A program made the position numbers and the translations under genes. Under the pieces are notes generated by a model, which was given only the letters and a program-made list of their open reading frames with translations, searched no databases and was not told the DNA's origin. From Psammoneis japonica (lineage: Eukaryota), in assembly GCA_008632985.1 (NCBI GenBank), contig QPGO01000283.1, positions 1-64,000 on the forward strand: 64,000 bases of DNA. Direction: 5' to 3'. Shown piece by piece: positions 24,323 through 36,033 of this stretch (position 1 is its first letter; every line of letters begins with the position of its first letter).

Positions 24323-27300
24323 ATGGTTCTCACCCGTCAGCAACAAACCGATGGTTTCGAGCACGTTGTTGGAACCGTGCTTGCCCAAGGTGCTGGAAGC
24401 CCTCTTCGTTTGGCTTTGACCCACGACGGCACGGACTCACACCAAGAACTGTTCACGTTCATACCTTCCCAAATCGACTCGCTTGAGTGCGATAATGGCA
24501 CGAATGTGATCCCATTGCCCCAAGGTTATAAGAACATGTTAGCAGCTCTAGTTAGTCTGTACATTGTCAAAGCACACAAGGGCCTTGATGTTGCCAATGA
24601 CTCTTCGTTGTTCACGCATGATGAGTTCCTTGCCTGCCGCCTCAGTCCCGAGTGCATGTCTTCTGTGTCCGTCGGCAGCTCACCTCTTGCACCTCCGCAC
24701 GTCACCAACCCGACCAAGGCACGCGACCCAGTGCAAGACTTCAAGCGAGGCATCAAGCGTGACCCCACTGCTTTCACGGCTCTCAAATCCGACAAACAGT
24801 GGCACACTTGGCACACCTCACTTGTGGCACAAGCCCGTGCCCAAGACGTTGAGTGCATTCTAGACTCATCGTACAAACCGACCAGCCCCGAAGACAAACT
24901 GCTCTTTGCTGAACAGCAAAAGCACATGTTCGCCGTCTTCAAACGCATCCTTCTCACCGACAAGGGCAAAGCTCTCATTCGCGAAAATGTGGGGTCTTCT
25001 GATGCCCAGACCGTCCACCGCGCCTTGTCCGAGCATGCGCTCGCCTCCACCCGCACATCTATCGAGTCCTCCACCTTGCTCACGTACCTCACCATCACAC
25101 GCCTTGGTGATGGCACTTGGAAAGGTCTGACCCACGGGTTCATCCTTCATTGGCAGGATCAGTTGCGCAAGCATGAGGCACTCATCCCGGCCAGTGACCA
25201 CTTCTCTGAAGGACAGAAGCACGTCATGCTCGAAAATGCCACACATCCTGTTGAGGAACTCCGCACCGTCAAGAACCAAGCTGATCAACATCGCACGCAG
25301 AGTGGCAAGAGCCTCACGTACGATCAATGTTGTGGCTTGCTCCTCTCCGCGGCCGCTTAATGCGACAGCACGTTTCAACCCAAGACGACACCTCGAGCTC
25401 CCCGCCGTGCCATGTACGCACACGACGTCTGCTCCGAGGAACCATCTGATGATGTGTTCTATGACATCGACAGCGACATTGACGTCCTGCAGGCTGACGC
25501 TGCCTGCACCCGCGGTCCCAGCCTCATCGGCGACCAATGGAAACGTCTCCCTCCCGACCACCAATGGATTTGGGATTCGTTGCCCCATTCCTCCAAGGCG
25601 ATCATCCTTGAGCATTCTCGTCCGCCTCCTCGCAACCCACGAGCAGTCAACTGCCATGAGTCCATTGCGGTCAACCTTCACGACCAACGACTTGGGAGTG
25701 ATGGTGATGTCAACTTGTCCGCCCCGACTCCAGCGGACTCTGGTGATCCCGCTCCGAATGTGGATGCCACTTCAGACAATCCCATTCTGGTGCATCTCAC
25801 CAAGTGCAAGCCACTGCCACCCGGTGATCTGCAATGCCTGTTGTCTCCTAACCAAGCCCCCAAGGCTAGTCGACCGGGCCCATCCGCCACTCCCTCTACC
25901 TCGCCTGCTCCTCCAGATGACACCAAACTCAATGGCCGCACTTGCCGCTGTGTCAATGACCACAATGTCATTTGCTCTGCCTCTGCTCATTGCTCCACAC
26001 GCACTGGTGCTCCAGTCAATCGTGGAGCCAACGGCGGCATTGCTGGCCATGACATTTGCGTCATTGCACGCACCTCTCGCCAAGTCGACGTTCAGGGCAT
26101 TGACGACCATCAATTGGTGGACATCCCCATTGTCACTGCTGGTGACGTCATTGAGACACAGCGTGGTCCCGTCATCACCATCCTCCATCAGCATGCATGA
26201 ACGGGAAAGGGCAAGACCATTCATTCCTGTGGCCAGCTTGAATGGCACAAACACGATGTCAACGATCGCTCTGTCAAGGTGCCCAATGGCTTGCAGCGCA
26301 TTGCCACCCCTGATGGCCATGTCATCCCAACTGACATCAAAGGTGGCCTGCCTCATGTTGCCATGCGGGCCTACACTGACGATGAATGGGACACCCTGCC
26401 ACATGTCATCCTTGCCGGTGATGACACATGGGACCCTTCCATCCTCGATCACTCTGTCACTGACGACGACCAGTGGTGCGATGCGATCTCTGACCTGCAG
26501 GACGATCCTACCGCCAACCTGTTTGACGAGTGTGGCAACTGCCGTCACCGTGTCATTGTCAACAAGGCCATCATGTCCGCCTCCTTGTCCACCGATCATG
26601 CATCCGCCCTCGATGACCACCTCATTCCGAATGAAGACGTGTTCTACGAGTGTCATCTACACGCGATTGACCCCAAGGACGAGGACGTTCCGCCTCCGGA
26701 GCGCAATGTGCAGCCCAAGGACCCCCCCTGCGAGTCTCTTTTGCCCTGCTTTGGTTTCCAACCCACTGACACGGTTCGTCGTACTTTCGACTGCACCACG
26801 CAATGCGCCCGCATGCCCGCCGGTGTGCACCTTAAGAAGGCCTGCAAATCGCCCAACCCAGCCCTCAATGTGCACCGCCGCAACGAGCCTGTCGCCAGTG
26901 ACACCGTTTGTGCTGACACCCCAGCCGTCGACTCTGGTTGCACCAGCACCCAACTGTTTGTTGGCACCGAGTCTACCGTCACTGATGTCTGCGGCACCAA
27001 AACCCACAAAGAGTTTGTCAACACACTTGAGGATCAGATCCGTGAGCGTGGTGCTCCATCCAAACTCATCAGTGACCGTGCTCAAGTTGAGATCAGCAAC
27101 AAGGTGCTTGGGATTCTACAAGCCCTCTTCATCTCCAGCTGGCAAAGCGAGCCTCACCAGCAACACCAAAACTTTGCCGAACGCTGACACCAGACCATGA
27201 AGCGCATGGCGAACACCATCATGGACTGTTTCGGTTCACCTGCCCACACATGGCTGCTGGTGCTCATGCATGTTTGCTTCATGCTCAACCACACAGCATC

Positions 27301-29935
27301 CCCACGTCTCCACTGGTGCATGCCCCTTGAGACTCTCACTGGCTCCACCCCGGACATCAGCCCGTTGCTTCACTTTCACTGGTGGGAACCCATGTGCTTC
27401 CACCTCGATGACTCCGATTGGCCATCCGAATCCCATGAGTTGCATGGACGCTTTGTTGGCATTGCTGAACACGTCGGCCACCAGATGACCTTTAAGATTC
27501 TCTCTGACGACACTCAGAAGATCCTCCACCGGTCTGATGTACGATCCGCTACCACCGATCCCTCCGTTCGAAACCTGCGTCTTGATCCTCCTGATGGGGA
27601 GCCACCTGAACCCATCATCAAATCTCGCCATGACGACAACCCCGTCAATTCACCTGATGGGGAGATCAGGGCACCCAAGATGCCAGTTTTTGATCCGCAA
27701 GACATCATCGGACGCACCTTCCTCATGCAGCCACAAGAGGACGGACAATGCCACAGAGCTCACATTGTCAAGGCCATCAAAGATCACGACTGGAAAGTCA
27801 ACGGCAACCCCGAGCTCACTAAGTTCGTTTGCTCTGTCAACAACGACGAGTGCGAGGAAGTCCTGGCCTGCAACGACATCATGAATCACATTGAGCAAGA
27901 AGACGAAGACACCACTGTTTGGAAATTCCGACGCATTGTGTCACACGAAGGACCTCTGAAGCCTCATGACCCAACCTGGAAAGGCTCAAGCTACAACATC
28001 ATGCTTGAATGGGAAAGTGGGGAGATCACGTCCGAGCCTCTTGCCATCATTGCCAAGGACGACCCTGTCACCTGCACCATCCATGCACGAGAGAACGGAC
28101 TTCTCGACACTGACAGCTGGAAGCGGTTCCGTGCCATCGCGAGGCGCCAGAAGAAGCTATTCCGCATGGCCAACCAAGCCAAGCTTCACTCCTTCCGCAC
28201 TGCACCTCGCTACAAGTGCGGATGCGAAGTTCCCCGGAACTACAAACATGCCATGTCCCTAGACGAACGCAACGGCAACCGCAAATGGGGAGACGCAACC
28301 AATCTCGAGATGGACCAACTCGATGAATACGAAGTCTTTCATGACTGCGGGCCCTCCGAGTCTTCCACTCCTCCTGCGGGACACAAGAAGATCCGAGTGC
28401 ACCTGGTGTGCGACGTGAAACACGATGGCCGCCACAAGGCACGACTCGTAGATGATGGACACCTCACGGACGTGCCCATCAACAGTGTCTGCTCTGGAGC
28501 AGTGTCCCTTCGTGGCCTTCGGCTGATGATTTTCCTGGCCGAACTCAACGAGTTGGAGACATGGGCCACCAACATTGGCAATGCCCACCTTGAAGCCACC
28601 ACCAAGGAGAAGCTGTACATTGTAGCTGGACCCGAGTTTGGCAAACTCGAAGGCCACATTCTCGTCATCTACAAGGCCCTGCATGGACTGCACAGCTCCG
28701 GCCTCCACTGGCACGAGCGCTTCGGTGATTGCCTGCGAGCTGAAGGTTTCTTCCCCTGCCACGCCGAACCCGACATTTGGATGCGCAGGAACGGCGACCA
28801 CTGCGAATGTGTTGCCGTTTATGTGGATGACCTCGCCATTGCCATGAAGGATCCTCAATCTTTCGTCGATGCTCTCACGGAAAAGCACAAGTTCAAGCTC
28901 AAGGGTGCGGGACCGATTGAGTTCCATCTAGGCTGCGACTTCTCCCGGGATCCTGATGGCACCTTGTGTCTGTCTCCGCGCAAGTACATCGAATGCATGG
29001 TCGACAGCTGCACACGACTGTTTGGGGAGAAACCTGCCACCAAGGTCCTGTCCCCTCTGGAAAAGGGTGACCACCCCGAACTGGACACTTCCGAACTGCT
29101 GGAGCCCGATGGCATTCAACAGTTCCAGTCTCTTGTCGGTTCCCTCCAATGGGCAGTGTCTCTTGGTCGAATTGACATTGCCACGGCCATCATGTCACTC
29201 TCTGGCTTCCGAGCTGCACCCCGTCAAGGCCACTTGGATCGTGCCAAACGCGTCTGTGGGTGCCTCTCCAAGATGCGACACGGCGCTCTCCGCGTTCGCA
29301 CGGAAGAGCCCAACTGTTCGGATCTCCCTGCACCGGCCTATGAATGGATGCATTCCGTGTACGATGAAGCAGAGGAGATGATCCCGAAGGACGCTCCACC
29401 GCCCCTTGGCAAGTTTGTCACTGCCACCCACTACGTTGATGCAAACTTGTGTCATTGCATGCTCACTGGATGCTCTGTCATGGGAATGCTCCACTTCCTC
29501 AACAAATTCCCGGCTGATTGGTTCTCTAAGAAGCAAGCCACCATGGAGACTGCGACCTGCGGGTCTGAATTTGTTGCCGCAAGGACTTGTGTTGAGCAGA
29601 TTATCGACCTCTGCATTGCCTTGCGTTGCCTCGGCATCCCGATCCATGACATTAGTTGTGTGTTCGGTGACAACAAGTTGGTTGTGGACAGTGCCACCAT
29701 CCCGCACTCCAAGTTACACAAGCGACACACCGCATTGTCGTTCCATCGTGTGCGTGAGGCGATTGCCTCTGGTCACCTTGAGTTCCACTTCATCGAAGGC
29801 TCCCGCAACCCTGCTGACATTCTTAGCAAGCATTGGGGTTGCTCCCAAATCTGGGACCTTCTCCGTCCCCTCATGTTTTGGAACTTCATTCCATCCAAAG
29901 TCGAATCTGTTTCTGTGACTCCTCAAGCAAACTGG
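24323..29935 (+). pseudogene. Copia gag-pol with a few stops and frameshifts (near 25360, 26200, 27187)
   Basis: DFKRGIKRDP (gag), VNRGANGG (PR, from DRGANGG), KLISDRAQVE and SEPHQQHQNFAER (INT), KHDGRHKARLV and VYVDDLAI (RT), HYVDAN, VFGDN and NPADILSK (RH). Confidence 0.93.
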
Positions 29936-29939
29936 GGAG

Positions 29940-30217
29940 TGACAGGATTTGAGTGGGATTTAGATGCGCGCGAAATGTCGCGCGCTATTTAGTTTGCCGC
30001 GCACAGTTTTGTGTGCTCTTTAGTTCCGCGCGCACGCGGGCGACGCAGTTTGCTTTCGAGCCACTCGGCTCACAAGAATGACAACAGTAGCCCGATTGTG
30101 CCGACTTACATGTCTTTTGGCTCCTGCAACGGTCTCTGAGCGGAGACTCATCTGCTATTTAGACAGCAGCAAGGAGTTGTTGTTTGAATTCTTGCCATTT
30201 GCCTTCAATTTCTGTCA
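29940..30217 (+). repeat. 3' LTR of Copia 23106-30217
   Basis: Matches 23106-23383 and is followed by the TSD CCAAC. Confidence 0.95.
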
Positions 30218-30328
30218 CCAACGGGGTTGAGGTGCGATTCTCTCCTGCCTTAACGAAGTCTTGGTGTTGGTTGCATGAGGTGAAAGCTTCATCTTGAACT
30301 TGTTATCTTCTGTGGTGTGTGTGCACAA

Positions 30329-30707
30329 TGCACTGTGCTCAAAGAACGAGTGTAAACGAAAGTAGAACGAAGTTCAAAAAGTGAAAATTATGAGAATTAT
30401 TTCTACGCGATCATTTTGGGTTTCTCCGAACGGGTTCTCAACAGCCTAAACCTTTTGCACTGCTCCTACAGACAAAAGGCCTTTGGGAGAATACGATCGT
30501 GACAACAGATTGTCTGGATACGATTGACATTGACACACAAGATGTCAACTTCATCGTACAGTCGCATTTGCGATTCTCGACATCCGATCAACTCTGTGTG
30601 ATTGATCTGTCCTTCGTACGAACCCACGATTGACGTACGATTGGAATATAAATTTATGTTATACATGCATGTGCATATATATGACATACATGACAACGCA
30701 CATTGCA
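30329..30707 (-). repeat. 5' LTR of Gypsy A
   Basis: Matches 13404-13790. Confidence 0.92.
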
Positions 30708-31199
30708 CACGACTTGTCGAAACGCGACGACAATGGCGACCGCGAACGCAACACACTCCATCAACAGCCATAAATTCACCACAACACTGACATGTGTCGA
30801 TGTCACGTAATTCATTTCACATGTGTGTGCCTTGCTGTGCTTTGACATTGATTGATCTTAGCGAAAACAGCTGAAATGTTCAATTTTTTGCCCATCGCTT
30901 TTCCACTGCATAAGTCAACAACAAGCCCGTTACACTCACACATGTCAATTCTACCACACATGAGTTCATGAGATGCGAAATGTTGTTGATTGTTGTGGCT
31001 CTTGAAGGTGATGCCGTTGAGGAAACGGCAACCACAGAGTCGCCATGGTGTGGTGGTTTCCGCGGTTTCCGGCTACGGCATTTTAACGACGAATTCGCAG
31101 TGCTGAAACTGAGTCGTGCTTGTCGAGTTAGCATGGCTGCCACTTTATGCATCATGTGCCCACCATTCTTAGTGGTGGGGCGCCAGCAAAAAAAAAGGA

Positions 31200-31830
31200 C
31201 GTTTAGCAGAAAAAAACTCAGCTTGGGGGCCATGGGCTGGGTCGGCTCTTGCACCTCTCCATCCTTGTCGAATTGCTCTTCGATCTCTGCCATGGCCATG
31301 GCTGTCTTGCAGCAGTTGTCACACATCAGCCTGGCAAAAGCTTCCATGCTTGTTGTCAGCCAATCACTGACACCTTGTTTGTCTGCCATCTTAAAGTGCT
31401 CTGTTCCAGCCGCCAGGGAGCAGCACCTTTCCAAAAACCAGAAGTGCTTTTGTGGCAACGCCCTGCCCTTTTTGGCATCTTTGATGCTTGGCATTCCTTC
31501 ACATCCAGCCATCTCTAAGCAAGAATCAATGGATGAGAAGACTTCTCCATTGCATCTAGATGCCACCCACATCGTGCGCACCAACCATCTTTTTCCTAAA
31601 AACCTCCTGTCTGTTGTTTCATCTCTGGTTTAGTCTTTTTCCTCACTTTCTCCTTGTTCTCCTCCCACCAAACTGCACAGTCACTGGCGGCCACATTGAG
31701 GTGTTTGCAAACCTTTTTCTGTGTTTTGCTGCCAAAAGCCAACTCAACCTCATTGTGCATCATGAACTTGGTCTTTGGGTGCACTGCCATTGTAATGCAG
31801 GCCATCCATGAACTTCCTCTTCACTGCCTC
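31200..31830 (-). pseudogene. Decayed accessory ORF of a DNA transposon, similar in kind to 50700-52100
   Basis: VHPKTKF...WWEENKEKV and VSDWLTTSMEAFARLMCDNC share an EAFA.L...N(Y) motif with AEAFAHMLLKNSC at about 51480. Confidence 0.45.
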
Positions 31831-33540
31831 TGAGCTGACGATTAACATTCCCACAATCTCTACATTTTAAGATCTTGTTTCTGACATGTCATGGGTGCCA
31901 ACTGCAACCAAGGACACAATCTGTGTTAGCAGGCAAGCCCGCGTCTGTCTCAGTGTTGTTCTCACTGCAATGCATGCACCTGATGAATCATTTTGTACTG
32001 ACATGTTTGCCCACCCTTTTCACAGTGTTGTGGCACCAAAATTTTTCCCTTCGCATCAAACCCAGACCAAAGGTGTGCCTGCCAGCACGTCTGTTGGCCC
32101 TTCTTACTTTTTACTCCCTCTTTTTGAATGCCAAAATTTTCAAATGGCTCAGTTTTAAACATCAATTCTTGAATTTTGCATTTCATTTGATTGGCAGTTT
32201 TTGTCGTTTGCATGGCTTCACATTGCACCAGCAGGTCCACTGCACACTGCATGGTGCACACAATTGACAATGGTGCTGCCACTCATTGCACACCAGATTG
32301 TCCAAATTGCAAGCCAATTTTGTTTTTTGGGCTGCAGCCATGCTTCTAAAAGGGCTGTAATCCGAACACTCCATTTTGCATTTTTGGCAGGCTTGCAACT
32401 GGACTTCCTGCCTTCACTTTGCCGTCTGGCCTCCCATGCTCTTAGCCATCCCTCAGTGCCCGCCAATCCAGAGCATCGTTTGGCCAAGGCCACAGCAGCA
32501 ATTCAAACTTGCTGGGGTTTGGTTTTCCAGTGATTAAAACTTGCTGGGGTTTGGTTTTTTATCTTAGCCCTCCCTCATCATCTTGCTCTTGCCCTTCTTC
32601 CTTCCTCAATGTCATGTCTGGATCTTTCCAACCTGTAAAATTCAAACAAGTGCTCACAGCTGGTGTCCAATCCACTGTTGTGACCCTCTTGGGCAGCATG
32701 GACTCCTGCACAGTGCACCCTCAATCCCATGAGTTTTCATTGTAAAACACCATGTCTCCACCAACTGTGTCGGAGGAAAATGGTTGTCTGTGTGAGGCCA
32801 GGGAACCCTTCCCCTGTTGTGTCCTTCTTCCAGATGAACCACATGCAACATGGTGTTCTTGCCAGTTGTAAACAGATCATGTCTGCAAGATGGCAGATGA
32901 CACACAATTCTTGGGAATCTGCAAGCATTGTCTCCCAACTCGCACGCCACCACAATCGCTGAAGGCAGTTGTCTCCCCTTGCCAATGTGCTGCTGCACAT
33001 TAAAGTGGCTAAAACTGAGCATCAAAGTGACTTTGTCCATGTGTTCCTTGCAATGGACATGTCCAAAGCTCAACCACATCTCCAAAAATGGTTCAACACT
33101 GAACCTTGGATTGTCCAGCCATCCCACAATGATGCAACAATTGCAACTCTGAAAGTCGACACATGGCCTGCTTTTGTCCAGCTCACGATGTAAACCAGAA
33201 AATAAAAATGCACTCTCTGCGCAAATGCTGCACTGGCTTGGCAGTCCGGTGTTTCTGAATTAAAGCAAGCCTTGGGTTGCCATTGTCGCTCCGCATTTTC
33301 ATTGCACTGTCATGCTCAATTGCTTCTTGCAAAGTGTGGGTTGTGTGTCGCCCAATTTGTTTGTTCACTTCATCCATTTTCAACAGAGTTCTCATGTTTT
33401 GAGATAAGAAAAAATGTGTTCTGTGGTGCCTTCCATCGCTGCAAGGCTTCCCAGGCTACCCAGCATGCCCCACTGTTGGCAACTTGAACAGAGCACATTC
33501 AACGCAAGCACCGAGTCTCCATTGCTGTCATTTTGCCCCA

Positions 33541-33967
33541 TGTGTGCACCAGGCGCTGAAAAAGAAGATGTGTTACGACTTTGTCGTTGTGAAAATTATG
33601 AGCTAGTTTAGAGTAGAGAAAATGGGATCATGTGAATAGGGAATCTTGCCAAATCCCTATTCGTTCACATTTGGATCGCATCAAATCGATCGTGCATTCG
33701 CATTGTGGATCGTGCGAATCAAGCCATCACGCGCCATGCACGAGTGATGTCATCGTGTGGAATCACGCTGCCATCGTGGGCCAGACGACGGGCTAGTGTG
33801 CTTCACACGGATGCTCTCTTAGCATCCTTCTGGAATTGCCTGACCTAGAGCCACGCCCTCCTGTGGTCGTGCTTCCCAGGTGCGTGTTAACAACACTGCG
33901 TTGCCACGCACAAGAGGCTCATGCGTGCACGGTCTCGCCGTGTTGTCCAGCAGCGAGGCATGCTGCA
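33541..33967 (-). repeat. 3' LTR of Gypsy B
   Basis: ccaggcgctgaaaaagaagatgtg...gaggcatgctgca matches 44139-44563. Confidence 0.92.
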
Positions 33968-34006
33968 CACTCCCCCATGATCAGGGCCATTAAGTGACAG
34001 GATGTC

Positions 34007-34419
34007 TCACTGGTGACAGGGTGCAATCTGCCGTAGATTGTACGTGTCTGTCAGCGCTCCGTTCTGGATACGCAACGTGCCGTTGTCATGTGCACAGACA
34101 ACTCTGGCGGGTCCTGCACAGCTGTCAGAACCACATTTAGAGGATTGTTCCTGTTTGACAAGTGCCAATTGCCCTGCGGTGTGTTGATGCTCCTTGCGTT
34201 TCTGATTTTCATGCTTGTTGTTTAAGTGGACAAGCTTCTGCTTTCTGGTTTCCATGCACTTCCACTCAGCACGATGGGCAACAGATAAAACCGCATCGCA
34301 TCCGAAGACCAATTGCATGGACTTGCACGCGTGGTCGCATGTGCCGCAGCTCTAATGGCGAAGGCTGCTGCGGAGAGGATGCCACTCCATGGGTCATCTT
34401 CGTCCAGTTCCACATCCTG
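34007..34419 (-). pseudogene. Gypsy B integrase C-terminus
   Basis: ELDEDDPWSGILSAAAFAIRA... continues ...GNMVRSFSVQD from 39866. Confidence 0.85.
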
Positions 34420-34815
34420 TGCAGCAACTCACTCGCACGCTTCTGACACACAGCATTAATTTTGGACATTAGATTAATGTAGCCATTTGAGAGAGGCTCG
34501 CCAGCGTTCGCTAACGCTTGGGCTCCCCTCTCTTCGGTCTACTCACTTCTTTGTTTTGACATCAGTTTCAGCTTGAGCTTGCACTGTAATTACAGTCGAT
34601 TGTAAAGAGCTGAATGAGAAACAACGATGCAACTAACAGGCTTACGAAACAAGAGAAAAGAACATTGAGAGCGAAGGCAGCGAATTGGGCTTTGGAACAA
34701 AAACGGCAAAAGGAGACACGAAAACAATGCGAACAGGATTTGGCGATTCGGGTTGCACAACTCGAGTCGAAGGTAGAGTGCTTGAAGCAGTTTCTTGGAG
34801 GACCAACTTGGCCTG

Positions 34816-36033
34816 ATGAGCAATCGCGAGAGTCTTAAAGAACCGTGCATTTTGCATGCTGTGAAATTTGCTCATTCGGATTTGGAACTTGTAAAATTTA
34901 CTCAATCGCATGATGATGGTAGCACGCGTACGAAGAAGTGCCCTTGTTTTGACGGAACTAATGGCATTGAAGCGTTGTTGTTCGTGGAAGATCGTTTTCG
35001 TAAACTGGCTGCAAAACTTGAATTCACTGCAGGCAAAGAACCATTTGATAATTTCGAGGAAGTGTTGACAGACACCGCTGAAGATAAATGGTCCAATCTC
35101 ACCATGGCGATTCCGAATGCGCAAAAGATGGTGGCTCGTTTTGACCAAGAATTGGCTCGTTTTTATTTGTCACATTGTGAAACTGAAGCACGTGACACGA
35201 TGACTGAATGCTTGCTCTCTCTTAAAAAACCATGTGATGTTGAAGTGCAGGCACATGCGGATCGAATGGAGACCTCAGTGCGACACACGAACAAGTTGCC
35301 AGGAAATAATCCAGTTGTCACTCAGAACCAAAAGAAGAAGATGATCTTCGATGGCTTCCCTTTGTCGTGGCGTGAGATGTGTGCAAGAGCAGGACGCACG
35401 ATTGGAAATGATGCGCTGGCGGAAATTGTAACGCACATGAGCACGGAGAAATCATTTGCAGATGGGAACAAGAAGACTTCGAAGAAGCGCAAAGACGGAC
35501 AGTCGAAAGGTGGCGGCTCTACCAAGAAGAAAGGCAATCGCATTGACCCAGAATCTCAATGTCCTTTGCATGCTCACAATCACAAGTGGAAAGATTGCGT
35601 CATGAATCCCGACTCTAACAACTGCCGTCCAAGAACTGATCGCGGAGGTCGCGGACATGGTGGCCGTGGCGGTCGAGGTGGCGGTCGAGGTGGAGGTCGT
35701 GGTTATGGCGGAGCGCAAGGTCGTGGTTGGCAAGGCCGTGGCCATCAAGGTCGTGGTGGTGGCCGAGGAAACTATGGTGGTCACGGAAACTGTAACTCTG
35801 GCGGCAATGGCGGCGAGCATCATGATGATGGTGGCTCTTACATGCAATGTCAAAACGACACCCGAACCAATGCAGATGGCGGCGGTTACGGCAATCCGGC
35901 CAGAACGGCTCCTCCCAATGATTGGTCTGCTGAAAGCCATCATCTTGATTCGACAGGAAGGCCTCGAGAGCATCGAGGTGGAACGGGAAGTTTTCGACCT
36001 GGTGGTCGCTTCTCGGGACGCGGTCGACACTGA
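34816..36033 (+). pseudogene. Gypsy C gag with a CHHC knuckle and RGG-rich tail
   Basis: Open frame with CPLHAHNHKWKDC followed by RGGRGHGGRGGRGG repeats. Start uncertain. Confidence 0.85.

Larger units (their letters stand above)
23106..30217 (+). mobile_element. Full-length Ty1/Copia (CoDi-like) LTR retrotransposon
   Basis: 278-bp TG..CA LTRs at 23106-23383 and 29940-30217, perfect TSD CCAAC (23101-23105 and 30218-30222), PPT ggggag before 29940, gag-pol 24323 to about 29900. Confidence 0.96.
13404..30707 (-). mobile_element. Ty3/Gypsy LTR retrotransposon A, carrying two nested insertions (14243-19349 and 23106-30217)
   Basis: Highly similar LTRs at 13404-13790 and 30329-30707. PPT (gggagacgaa, minus) at 13791-13800. 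Flanks CACA/CACG are a probable 4-bp TSD. Domain order is gag, PR, RT, RH, INT. Confidence 0.92.

Noticed and set aside
25173..27200. 675-aa Pro/Ser/Thr-rich ORF
   Set aside because: Alternate frame of the Copia gag-pol, kept open by stop-codon depletion.
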